A stretch of DNA of 64,000 nucleotides from Candidatus Ozemobacteraceae bacterium (GTDB taxonomy: Bacteria > Muiribacteriota > Ozemobacteria > Ozemobacterales > Ozemobacteraceae), in contig OZ223236.1 of the NCBI GenBank assembly GCA_965140445.1, forward strand, positions 4,064,001-4,128,000. Direction: 5' to 3'. The notes under the pieces are model-generated. The model worked only from the letters and a program-made list of their open reading frames with translations, did not search any database and was not told the origin of the DNA. Below, one piece after another: positions 55,220 through 64,000 of the stretch; within the stretch, counting starts at the first letter, position 1; every line of letters begins with the position of its first letter. Position numbers and translations under genes: made by a program.

Positions 55220-55338
55220 TTTTCTTATTCTTCCTCGTCAGGGAATAGCCTAACAAGCTAAAACAACAGTCGCAGAGTGATTGTTGAAATTTACGGAAAG
55301 TCTATTTTTGAATGACTTTCGTTTTATTGGAGAATTTT

Positions 55339-57366
55339 GTGGCAATAGAAAATAAAAATTCTAAATCGAAAACAGCTGATAGCAGCAAATCTTTGCCTGT
55401 TGATGTGCAAAGCATAAAAAATGGCTTAAAAGCCAATGTAAAAAAAATCACAGACCTACTTAAGAATCGCGTAGGAGCAGGTGATTGGAGCTTATGGGGA
55501 ACAGACTTTAAGCTGGATAAGGGAAAAGAAACAGTTGACCTTATTTTCCATGCCCCGGATGACAAGAAGGGAACCTACGTCTTAATTGATCTATCGGTTC
55601 CACATCTGCAAGTTGGGCAAAAATACGAGCTACCTGCAAAAGCAAAGCTTTTTCAGAAAGAGCAGAAAATAGCTCTAACCAGAATAAAAAAAGCTATTGT
55701 TCTGGTTAGAAAAGGTACCGAAACAATTGCAGCCAGACCATCCAGAATCCGATGTCCAATTTTAGAGCTACAGTTGGAACAGCTTCTACCTAAACCTCAG
55801 GAAAAAAAGCCCGCACCTCAGCCTTCTCAAAGAAATTCACAGGCACCTAATGCCCCCCGAGAAGAAAAGACGGCTAAAAAAAGTCCGTTTTCTGACGAAC
55901 TCCTTTTTGCATTAAAAGAAGCAATTGTTCATGAATGCCTTTCAACTATGCATAAAAGGCAGAACAAATACATTCGCAAAGGCTTGTGGAGATGGATTGA
56001 ACGGGAAATAATGGACCCCAACGTTCATTTTTATTTAATAATCCTGTCAAGTATCTATCAGGGCAAAACAGGTGAAACACTTAGTAGAAAATTTAAAACT
56101 GTTGAGTCTTTTTCCGAAAATCCTGAAGCAGTTATAAACATGCTATTCTCAAAGGAAACCAATCTGGCAGAGGAAATTAGACGAAGCGGGGATCGCCATA
56201 AAAAAGCCCTTAAAAAGTTCCTGGCCTGCTTTAGCCAAACCCCTCCTTTTGAATACCTTAAGTCTATTTTCCTAAAAGAATTCAGAACCACTGGCGACGG
56301 CCTCAAAGCAAGAATGGCGGTTTTCTCCACTCTTCATCAATTACTCGAAAGGTGCGGATTTGAAGGAGAAAAAGAGGTGCAATACCCTCTTGAAATTCTA
56401 GATGAGCTAAAAATATTCCAGGGCATTATGACCGGTAACTACATAGGCCTACGAATAGAAAATGCAGGCAAAAAGCTAAAACATTTATTGCCCCAGGTTG
56501 AATGGACTGAGAATGAAATTTATCAACTCAGAAATCAAATTGCAAAGGCTCTGAATTTGCCATCATTAGAATTCAACCTGAATGCTTTTCTTCCCCAGGC
56601 TTTCTTTCACGATGCAAAACACCTTGCAGAATCAAGAAAAGAAGCTGTTAGAAACGTTGATAAAAGACGTGAGCCGATTAGAGAACAGGCTAGAGAGCAA
56701 GTTAGAGAACAAACTAGAGAGAATCGGCCTTTAAGAGAAAAGGAAGCTCCTCAAAACTCTCGTAATAATCGTGACGAGCCACGCCGCCCACAACAAGAGC
56801 GACCAAATTCTCAGAAACCAGCTGAGCAGGCTCCTGCTCCAGTTCCAGGGAATCAGGCAAATGAAGCACCAATAAGCACCAGAGAAATTCAAAACAGAGA
56901 TCGTAGAAGATTTAACGATACAGATGAAGCATTTCACAGAAATTTTGAAAACTTTGGTGGGCATATAGAAGAAGATACAGATGCAATTCGCCTGGCAATT
57001 GCCATGGACAGATACGAGCAAGAGAGAGCCTACCGCGAAAAGAACAAAATTAAAGTAGTTAAAGAGGACTGGGAATTAATGGAGGACGCCGCTCCCCCAC
57101 TCAAAATTTCCAAGCCACAGATTGCTGCAAACACCGAAATGCCTAAGAAAAAACCTCTTAGAAGAACTAACAGCAGTAATTTTAATAGAAAATCAACCGC
57201 AAACGGTTCACCTTCGAAACCAGGTAATGGAACTTCGACTCCTTCCGGAGCACCTGGGCGTGCAAGAACTGGCTCTAATGACAAAAGACGCCGAAGTCCA
57301 AAATCTCCGAATTACAGACGACCAAGAAACCCAAATGGAAATCCTGGAAACTCTGAACGACAATAG
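55339..57366 (+). CDS. Hypothetical protein with long charged/disordered C-terminus; probable GTG start at 55339
   Basis: Long ORF; GGAG RBS before GTG; R/E/Q/N/P-rich C-terminal third. Confidence 0.7.
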   Translation: MAIENKNSKSKTADSSKSLPVDVQSIKNGLKANVKKITDLLKNRVGAGDWSLWGTDFKLDKGKETVDLIFHAPDDKKGTYVLIDLSVPHLQVGQKYELPAKAKLFQKEQKIALTRIKKAIVLVRKGTETIAARPSRIRCPILELQLEQLLPKPQEKKPAPQPSQRNSQAPNAPREEKTAKKSPFSDELLFALKEAIVHECLSTMHKRQNKYIRKGLWRWIEREIMDPNVHFYLIILSSIYQGKTGETLSRKFKTVESFSENPEAVINMLFSKETNLAEEIRRSGDRHKKALKKFLACFSQTPPFEYLKSIFLKEFRTTGDGLKARMAVFSTLHQLLERCGFEGEKEVQYPLEILDELKIFQGIMTGNYIGLRIENAGKKLKHLLPQVEWTENEIYQLRNQIAKALNLPSLEFNLNAFLPQAFFHDAKHLAESRKEAVRNVDKRREPIREQAREQVREQTRENRPLREKEAPQNSRNNRDEPRRPQQERPNSQKPAEQAPAPVPGNQANEAPISTREIQNRDRRRFNDTDEAFHRNFENFGGHIEEDTDAIRLAIAMDRYEQERAYREKNKIKVVKEDWELMEDAAPPLKISKPQIAANTEMPKKKPLRRTNSSNFNRKSTANGSPSKPGNGTSTPSGAPGRARTGSNDKRRRSPKSPNYRRPRNPNGNPGNSERQ

Positions 57367-57376
57367 AAGGTAACTT

Positions 57377-57580
57377 ATGCCAAAGCATCTAATGTACAGA
57401 ATGATTTTTATCTTTAGCGTTATGTTTCCTGTATTGCTAATTGCAGAATACATGGGTAACAACACGCCACTGATAGCTGGAGTAGTTGGAGGCGTTTCAA
57501 GTGGAGTCTCTGTGATTCTTTTTCCAAGCCCAGAGCATCTGGAAAAACTTGAAGAAAGAAAAAGAAACTCCAAAGAATGA
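57377..57580 (+). CDS. Small membrane protein
   Basis: Two hydrophobic segments; ATGA overlap with ruvC. Confidence 0.6.
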   Translation: MPKHLMYRMIFIFSVMFPVLLIAEYMGNNTPLIAGVVGGVSSGVSVILFPSPEHLEKLEERKRNSKE

Positions 57581-58059
57581 AATCAATTATTCTCGGCTTA
57601 GATCTAGCTGAAAAAACGGGGGCCAGCATTTTAAATGGTGCTGGCCGCCTTATTTTTAGCGACTCATGGCGTCTAGCTAAAAATAATCCGCAAGAACGAA
57701 TTCTGAATCTGAGCCTTTATCTTGAGGTAATGTTTGAGAAATTTTCTCCAACTGAAATAGCAGTTGAAGATGTTTTTCTTCCCTCGAAGACTTCCAGAAA
57801 AACTCCAATAGCACTTGGTGAACTAAGAGGTATTGCACGGCTTTTTGCTGCAACCCATAAAATCCCAATTGTTTTTTACCCTGCGAAAAAAGTAAAAATG
57901 GCAATAACTGGATGTGGTAATGCCAAAAAAGAAGATATAATTCGATGGATAGAAGAAGAGTTTAAAGTAAGAGTGAAAGACGATAACGAAGCAGATGCTA
58001 TTAGTATAGCCTACACACATTTTCTAACCAAAAAGTTTGAAAATCAAATCCCAAAGTAG
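57577..58059 (+). CDS. ruvC: Crossover junction endodeoxyribonuclease
   Basis: ILGLDL, AVEDVF, LGELRG, VKMAITGCGNAKK, DNEADAISIA. Confidence 0.88.
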   Translation: MKSIILGLDLAEKTGASILNGAGRLIFSDSWRLAKNNPQERILNLSLYLEVMFEKFSPTEIAVEDVFLPSKTSRKTPIALGELRGIARLFAATHKIPIVFYPAKKVKMAITGCGNAKKEDIIRWIEEEFKVRVKDDNEADAISIAYTHFLTKKFENQIPK

Positions 58060-58160
58060 GCATTTTTTATTGCAAACCAAAGCGCATTGTGATATTTTTT
58101 GCTAGCAGTTTTATGCTGATGCACAAGTCAAAGCTTTAGTTACATTACGGAGAATTAAAA

Positions 58161-58364
58161 ATGATACAGAGTCGTGTAAAGTGGTTTGATAACGTTAAAG
58201 GTTATGGTTTTATTGAAAACGATGGCGGCGGACAAGATATTTTTGTCCACTATAAACAGATTGAAGGCGACGGATATAAAACTCTACGCGAAGGTCAGGA
58301 AGTGGCCTTTGAGATGGAGCAAGGTCCAAAAGGTCCGCTGGCAATTAACGTAAAAATTTCATAA
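58161..58364 (+). CDS. Cold-shock protein
   Basis: [13 protein letters not shown] (RNP1), DIFVHY (RNP2), GYKTL, GPKGP. Confidence 0.96.
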   Translation: MIQSRVKWFDNVKGYGFIENDGGGQDIFVHYKQIEGDGYKTLREGQEVAFEMEQGPKGPLAINVKIS

Positions 58365-58381
58365 TCTTAATTGGAAAACCT

Positions 58382-58414
58382 GGGGGCGATTACGGGCTTT
58401 ACCGTTTCGCCCCC
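58382..58414 (+). terminator. Stem-loop after csp
   Basis: GGGGGCGA...TCGCCCCC followed by TCTTGTATTTT. Confidence 0.6.
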
Positions 58415-58453
58415 TCTTGTATTTTAAGCATACTAGTCTTAATGAGGTAAAAA

Positions 58454-60004
58454 ATGGATGAACTAAAATTGAATCAGGTCCAGGAACAAAGATTACAAGT
58501 CATTGAAGATTTTCGCAAAGAAGGAAAGAATCCTTATGGCCGAAGATATGACAGAACTCATAACACTGAAGAGTGTAAGACCGCATTTGAAAAGGCTGAA
58601 AGCGAAAAACCTGAAGAGGAACGCGAGCACTTCAATTTCGGTCCAGTTAAAGTAGCTGGCAGACTTGTTTCCAAAAGAGGCCAAGGCAAAACGACTTTCG
58701 GACACATTCAAGACCAGGAAGGAAAAATTCAAATTTACTTCAGAAAAGATATAATCGGTGAAGATGAATATACCTTTATTAAAAGACTATATGCGGGCGA
58801 TATCATCGGTGTTGAAGGAAATCTTTTCCGCACCAAAATGGGTGAAATTTCAGTTAAAGCTGAAAAAATGACAATTCTTTCGAAATCAATCAACCCGCCA
58901 CCAGAAAAATGGCATGGCCTGACCGACGTTGAATTGAGATATAGACACCGATATGTGGATTTGATGACAAATCCAGAAGTAAGAGAAACTTTCATAAAGC
59001 GGTCAAAAATTATTCAAAAAATCAGATCCTTAATGAGCGAAAAAGGTTTTCTTGAAGTAGAAACTCCAATGATGCACACTGTTGCTGGTGGCGCTGCTGC
59101 AAGACCATTTATCACCCATCACAATACCTTAGATATGGATCTTTATTTAAGAATTGCTCCTGAATTGTTTCTTAAAAGACTACTAGTTGGTGGTTTTGAA
59201 AGAGTATTTGAATTAAACAGAAACTTTCGAAATGAAGGAATTTCAATAAAGCATAACCCTGAATTTACAATGATGGAAGTTTATCAGGCATACGGAGACA
59301 TGCAATCTATGCTGGAACTTACAGAAGAAGTAATTTGTGGAGCCGCAGAAGAGTATTTTCCAGATATGAAAGTCCCTTATCAGGAAAAAGAACTGAATTT
59401 TGCACGTCCATGGCGAAGAGTTAGCATGCTTACTCTTGTGAGAGACCTTACAGGTTGTCAGGAACTTTCTTATTCCTGCTCAAGAGAACTTGCAGCCAGC
59501 GAAGCCAAAAAAGTTGGAGTTGCTACTGACAAAAACGATTCCGCAGCCAAAATTATTGTAAAGATTTTTGAAGATAAAATTGAAGAAACCCTTATAGATC
59601 CAACCTTTGTAATTGAATATCCAAAAGAAAATTCACCTCTTGCAAAGGCTAATGAGAATGATCCTTCAATGGTTGATCGTTTTGAACTCTTTATTTATGG
59701 AAGAGAATTTGCAAACGCTTTCTCAGAATTAAATGATTCCGAAGAACAGAAAGCTCGTTTTGAAGATCAATTGAGACAAAGAGACGAAGGCGACGATGAA
59801 GCTCACCAAATGGATGCTGACTATGTAAACGCTCTTCGCTATGGAATGCCTCCTGCAGGCGGCCTTGGAATTGGTATCGACCGCGTTATAATGTTGCTTA
59901 CAAATTCCCCTTCAATTAGAGATGTGATTCTCTTCCCAACCCTTAGAAAAAGAAAAGCTAAATCGGAGAACGAAGATCAAGCTGAAACAGAATCGGCAGA
60001 ATAG
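58454..60004 (+). CDS. lysS: Lysine--tRNA ligase (class II)
   Basis: RYRHRYVDL, GGAAARPFITHHN, YLRIAPELFLKRL, FRNEGI, YGMPPAGGLGIGIDR. Confidence 0.98.
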   Translation: MDELKLNQVQEQRLQVIEDFRKEGKNPYGRRYDRTHNTEECKTAFEKAESEKPEEEREHFNFGPVKVAGRLVSKRGQGKTTFGHIQDQEGKIQIYFRKDIIGEDEYTFIKRLYAGDIIGVEGNLFRTKMGEISVKAEKMTILSKSINPPPEKWHGLTDVELRYRHRYVDLMTNPEVRETFIKRSKIIQKIRSLMSEKGFLEVETPMMHTVAGGAAARPFITHHNTLDMDLYLRIAPELFLKRLLVGGFERVFELNRNFRNEGISIKHNPEFTMMEVYQAYGDMQSMLELTEEVICGAAEEYFPDMKVPYQEKELNFARPWRRVSMLTLVRDLTGCQELSYSCSRELAASEAKKVGVATDKNDSAAKIIVKIFEDKIEETLIDPTFVIEYPKENSPLAKANENDPSMVDRFELFIYGREFANAFSELNDSEEQKARFEDQLRQRDEGDDEAHQMDADYVNALRYGMPPAGGLGIGIDRVIMLLTNSPSIRDVILFPTLRKRKAKSENEDQAETESAE

Positions 60005-60010
60005 TAACCC

Positions 60011-60047
60011 AAAAAAATCCCCCGAAGAATTTCTTCGGGGGATTTTT
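60011..60047. terminator. Bidirectional intrinsic terminator
   Basis: AAAAAAATCCCCCGAAGAA-T-TTCTTCGGGGGATTTTT. Confidence 0.88.
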
Positions 60048-60069
60048 ATTTTGTCTAACTTATAAAAAC

Positions 60070-61485
60070 TTACTTTAAGCAGCTCTTGATCTTCTTAAGC
60101 AGATCTTTCGCTTCTTTGAGTTTCTGTAAAGCTTGCTTTACTTCTGAGTTTGAACTTTGATTCTGCATAGCCTTATTATATTCTGCAAAAGCTTTGTAAT
60201 AATTTTCCTGGGCCTGAACGAGATCGTCAACACCATATGTTCCAGTGTATGCTGGAGCAATTGCTCCACTAGAAGTTGTTTCCGATCCAAGACTTGGTGC
60301 AAGAGCTGCAGAAGAATCCATTGGCGGCAAAGCCACACCAGACATAGCAGGCATTGAAGTTGGCTCAACAGGTGTCCTGGCTCTAGATCCAAACAATCCG
60401 GAAAACCAGCCAAAAATTCGATCCCAAATAGATCCACTGCTACTTGAAGATGAGCCACTGGTATTTGTTGATGCAGTAGTAGTATTTGAGGTCTGATTGT
60501 TGTTTGTTGGCTGAGCTGTGGTTGTAGTAGTCGGCTTCACATATCCTTTGGTTGCAAGAACATTATATAAATCTCTGCTAACAGTTCTGGATCCGCCATT
60601 TACATAAGAAAGAATTTCATTCAAACTTATCTTTCCCTGACTATTTTCTATTAGTATTTGAGCCAATCCAACCTTATCTGCTGGATACAACCTGGTATAA
60701 CCAGCACAAAATTCCTTTAAAGAATAATGTGGCCCAGATTTTGAAATAGAATCAAAAACTTTTGTCTGGCCGCCACTAAGCTTACTCATTGCATCATAGG
60801 TAACTTTTCCCACGAAAAGCTCATTTCTGGACATTTCCTCAAAGCTATTATCTTTCAAAAAAGCAACTACAGAACTTGATTTCATATCCATACTGAAAAC
60901 GTAGCCATTGTTTTTGCTTGCGGCAAAAGCATTTGCCCAGCCTTCAACCCACGCTGTATTAGCATTTGGTAAAATTTCATCCATGTAATGCTTATTATCA
61001 TCGCCGTAATCCAGGCCTGCAAAATCATAGTTATATGGATAGCCGTTAAGCATAGCTATGTGGCCAAATTCATGAAGAAAAATGAACTGTTTACTCCAAT
61101 CAGTAGAGTAGTTATTAATATACTTGTAGAGATTAAGGTTATACTGATATGAGCTCTTAGAAGAGTAACAAACACTACTTCTGTCACTAATAGTCATATT
61201 TAAAGGTTTTGAAAGATACCTGGCAGTTTCACTAGCGTAATCAAACACTGTTTTGCCGTTTGGCAACTTCAGTTTCAGATAATCACGCCATTGATTTCCA
61301 ACCGGTAACTGATCCGGGGAAGTTATCTGCACGGTTCGATATCCAATCTCATTCCCATAAGAGTCCGTAACAGCCTGCTCGTAATTTAAATAGAAAGCCG
61401 CTGCCCAGGATGGCGCAGATAGCAATATCGAAAATATCAACAACAGGCCAATCTGAAAGCCCTTTTGGATAGTCATTTTTTTCAT
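60070..61485 (-). CDS. Secreted gluzincin-like metalloprotease with Thr/Ser linker and helical C-terminus
   Basis: Signal peptide; FLHEFGHIAM (HExxH) and downstream WVEGWAN. Confidence 0.7.
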   Translation of the reverse strand: MKKMTIQKGFQIGLLLIFSILLSAPSWAAAFYLNYEQAVTDSYGNEIGYRTVQITSPDQLPVGNQWRDYLKLKLPNGKTVFDYASETARYLSKPLNMTISDRSSVCYSSKSSYQYNLNLYKYINNYSTDWSKQFIFLHEFGHIAMLNGYPYNYDFAGLDYGDDNKHYMDEILPNANTAWVEGWANAFAASKNNGYVFSMDMKSSSVVAFLKDNSFEEMSRNELFVGKVTYDAMSKLSGGQTKVFDSISKSGPHYSLKEFCAGYTRLYPADKVGLAQILIENSQGKISLNEILSYVNGGSRTVSRDLYNVLATKGYVKPTTTTTAQPTNNNQTSNTTTASTNTSGSSSSSSGSIWDRIFGWFSGLFGSRARTPVEPTSMPAMSGVALPPMDSSAALAPSLGSETTSSGAIAPAYTGTYGVDDLVQAQENYYKAFAEYNKAMQNQSSNSEVKQALQKLKEAKDLLKKIKSCLK

Positions 61486-61635
61486 ATTTGTCCTACAATC
61501 AAGGTATTTTAAGTCAATTATAAGAATGATCTCTATGTACGTCTAGAGCGCTTTACATTTTTATGCAAAATTAATTTTAACCAACTTCAATAATTTACTG
61601 ATAATATAAAACCAAATCTCATAGAGGCTAACATT

Positions 61636-62547
61636 TTGTCGCAAAAAAACAACATTATTGGAATACTTAAAGTGGCTTTTGCAGCTTCTCTCTGGGGTGT
61701 AGCTTATCCACTAACAAAAGGTGCATTAACCGACGTCCCTCCAATACTTTTGGGTACATTGCGCTTTGGGATTGCAGGACTTTTATTTTGCTTGTTTACT
61801 CGCTCTCTTCCACTTGCTGGCATTGACCAACTTCACAAAAAAACTTTCGCGAGTCTTGCCTTTTGGGGAGTTTTTATTCTAATTCTCGGGATGAACTTTG
61901 GTCTTCTATGGGCCCCGGGAATAGCGGCATCTATCCTCTCCGGCACTCCCCCGCTTTTTACTGTTATCCTTTCCTGGTATTTCTTCAAAGAAAAAATCAG
62001 CAAAACGCAATTGCTTTCTATTGGAATAGCATTAGCTGGGCTGGGACTGCTTGGCAAAGATTCTACTACCCAACAAAGCCTTCCAGACTGGAAAATTTGG
62101 CTAGGTTGTCTTTTAACACTAGTTCCACAATTTTCCTGGGCAATGTATGGAATAATTGGTAAAAAGCTTAGCCAGAGGTATTCATGGAAACTGGTCTGCC
62201 GCGATACCTTTTCTCTTGGAGCAATAATGCTTTTCCCATTAGCCACAGTAGAAACATATTTTAACGGCTTTGGCACCTGGACTTACAAAACCGGTTTGAT
62301 TCTTTTTTATCTGGCGATTTTGAATTCTATCGTTACCTACTCTTTATGGAATAGCGCCCTGTCTCAGATAAGTGTTAATCTGGCCAGCTTTATTATTTAT
62401 CTACAGCCAATTTCTGGTGCAATTGTTTCATGGCTTCTGTTTAAAGAATACCTGGGAATCAATGGCGGTATAGGTACGATGCTAATTTTTGTAGCACTTG
62501 CAATTGTTTTATTTGAAAAAACAAAAATACTGAAAAAGAAAATTTGA
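61636..62547 (+). CDS. DMT/EamA family transporter
   Basis: About 10 TM; LWGVAYPLTK, PPILLGTLRF, YSLWNSAL, YLQPISG. Confidence 0.92.
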   Translation: MSQKNNIIGILKVAFAASLWGVAYPLTKGALTDVPPILLGTLRFGIAGLLFCLFTRSLPLAGIDQLHKKTFASLAFWGVFILILGMNFGLLWAPGIAASILSGTPPLFTVILSWYFFKEKISKTQLLSIGIALAGLGLLGKDSTTQQSLPDWKIWLGCLLTLVPQFSWAMYGIIGKKLSQRYSWKLVCRDTFSLGAIMLFPLATVETYFNGFGTWTYKTGLILFYLAILNSIVTYSLWNSALSQISVNLASFIIYLQPISGAIVSWLLFKEYLGINGGIGTMLIFVALAIVLFEKTKILKKKI

Positions 62548-62617
62548 GCACCTTTTGACCTTTTAAACTGCTATAGTTAGGGTTAAAATTAACCAAACAA
62601 CTCACAGGAGAAAACAA

Positions 62618-63634
62618 ATGATTTCTAAGGCTCCATTTTTATTGGGCTCATTGGCATTCCTATTCTTTTTACAATTTTCAGGAACTGCATATGGACTCTC
62701 TCCAGTCGTGAAATTTCCTGAATGGAATAGCTCGGAATTTAAAATCCAGCAATGGAATCCCTCCGAAAAGCTAATAACCCTGAACGTAAAACTCAAAGCT
62801 AACAAGATAAACTTATCAGAAGTCAGCTCCAAAATTTATTGGCCAGAAGGTTTTGTTGCGGTCAGCAAAGATTTTTCCGGCAGGGCTTTAAAAGTTGGAG
62901 AAGAAGCTGTATTTGTGCATTCCGCAAAATGCCCCAAAGAATTTTCTTCATGGATCGAATGTGAGTTAAAAGCACAGCCTGACAAGAGTGGCCTAAAATC
63001 ACTTATTGAGAATTCTCATTCCAATGAACCCATCACCAGAAAAATACTTCTCCAGGAAACGGAAAGTATAAACGGCCCCTTAAACATTGGAAGAACCCTA
63101 CCTCTCTATATTGATAAAAATATTGCTTTTTCAGGGGTTAAAGAGCTTATTTTCACGAGCTTCTGGAAAACCGGAAAATCAAAATTCTTTTTTTGGTATC
63201 CCCCGGAAAATGCCGGGACAGGAATCACTTCAGAATCACTTAGAGAGCTAGGAAAAGCTCTTGCAGGAAAGAAAGATCAGGTAATTCTAACCTCTTCAAA
63301 GCTACTTCTGAACCGTCTGAAAAGAGATGAAGAGTTTATTGAAATTTTCTCGGGAAAAACAACAAAATTTACTTTACCTGCAAAAACAGCAAGAGAGCTT
63401 ATTGAAGCGAATCTAATTTCACTTCAGATTGCTAATTCCAATGATATTTCAAAATTGGAAAAGAAAATACTTGGAATGAAACCTTGCTACTCACGCCCAT
63501 TTCTTTATGCCAACCTTGCTTCTGCTTATCTCAGACAAGGCAACAAAAAAGCCGCAAAAAAACTTTTCGATTTGGCCCTAAAAGAAATTCCAGCCTGGCC
63601 TGAAGTAATTGAAATGAAAAATTCAATTAGATAG
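62618..63634 (+). CDS. Secreted hypothetical protein with C-terminal TPR
   Basis: Signal peptide; LYANLASAYLRQGNKKAAKKLFDLAL. Confidence 0.7.
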   Translation: MISKAPFLLGSLAFLFFLQFSGTAYGLSPVVKFPEWNSSEFKIQQWNPSEKLITLNVKLKANKINLSEVSSKIYWPEGFVAVSKDFSGRALKVGEEAVFVHSAKCPKEFSSWIECELKAQPDKSGLKSLIENSHSNEPITRKILLQETESINGPLNIGRTLPLYIDKNIAFSGVKELIFTSFWKTGKSKFFFWYPPENAGTGITSESLRELGKALAGKKDQVILTSSKLLLNRLKRDEEFIEIFSGKTTKFTLPAKTARELIEANLISLQIANSNDISKLEKKILGMKPCYSRPFLYANLASAYLRQGNKKAAKKLFDLALKEIPAWPEVIEMKNSIR

Positions 63635-63645
63635 GAGAGCTGCAA

Positions 63646-63810
63646 ATGCTATTATTCTTAGCTTTTACAAAATTGGGAATGGTTATGATACTTCTAACAT
63701 TAATTCTAAGTCGCCTGGCACAGATTCCAAGAGCAACCTGGCTAGGGGGCGCATTAACATTAACTACAACAGTAGTTTTGTCTTTTAAGTTTCTAAGGCA
63801 AAAAGCATAA
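63646..63810 (+). CDS. Putative 54-aa small membrane protein (not in ORF track)
   Basis: AGGAG RBS; MLLFLAFTKLGMVMILLTLILSRLAQIPRATWLGGALTLTTTVVLSFKFLRQKA*; ends right at the terminator. Confidence 0.55.
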   Translation: MLLFLAFTKLGMVMILLTLILSRLAQIPRATWLGGALTLTTTVVLSFKFLRQKA

Positions 63811-63849
63811 AAAAAGCTGCGAATCTAAATTGATTCGCAGCTTTTTTTT
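63811..63849. terminator. Bidirectional intrinsic terminator
   Basis: AAAAAGCTGCGAATC-TAAATT-GATTCGCAGCTTTTTTTT. Confidence 0.88.
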
Positions 63850-63861
63850 ATCTTTCTTTAT

Positions 63862-64000
<139 letters not shown>

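Overview
AT-rich bacterial chromosomal window, densely coding; I found no rRNA, tRNA, CRISPR array, prophage or transposase. The left third (1-24.1 kb) is almost entirely minus-strand: a truncated gingipain-like C25 protease, RNase D, a CHASE2-type adenylate cyclase, a GH57 branching enzyme with a DUF4912 partner, a Cache-HAMP / Npt-like MFS-HEAT / PhnD-like triad, a FecR / beta-barrel / lipoprotein triad and an M23 peptidase. The middle (24.2-47.0 kb, plus strand) is a flagellar-chemotaxis cluster: fliK-flgD-TIGR02530-flgE-flbD-fliL-fliM-fliY-cheY-fliO-fliPQR-flhB-flhA-(FlhG-like)-flhG-flhF-cheA-(Hpt-P2-CheW fusion). The right part holds housekeeping genes (alaS, ruvX, ruvC, csp, lysS, trxB end), two type IV pilin-like genes and several secreted or unknown proteins. 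The mix of an outer-membrane barrel with a Firmicutes/spirochete-style fla-che gene order suggests a deep-branching diderm (Ca. Riflebacteria-like is only my guess). Best leads: (1) a 918-aa FlgE that keeps the spirochete lysinoalanine self-cross-linking residues (K169/C182/N183); (2) an apparently split FlhG, with the DQAxxLR FlhF-activator motif on a Walker-A-less paralog; (3) a cheA 5' duplication fused to CheW; (4) a dense multi-hairpin RNA leader before flgE; (5) three sigma-28-like promoters, one in front of an unannotated small ORF and one driving a gene antisense to a pilin-alaS gene run. All assignments are by-eye motif recognition; no database searches were run.
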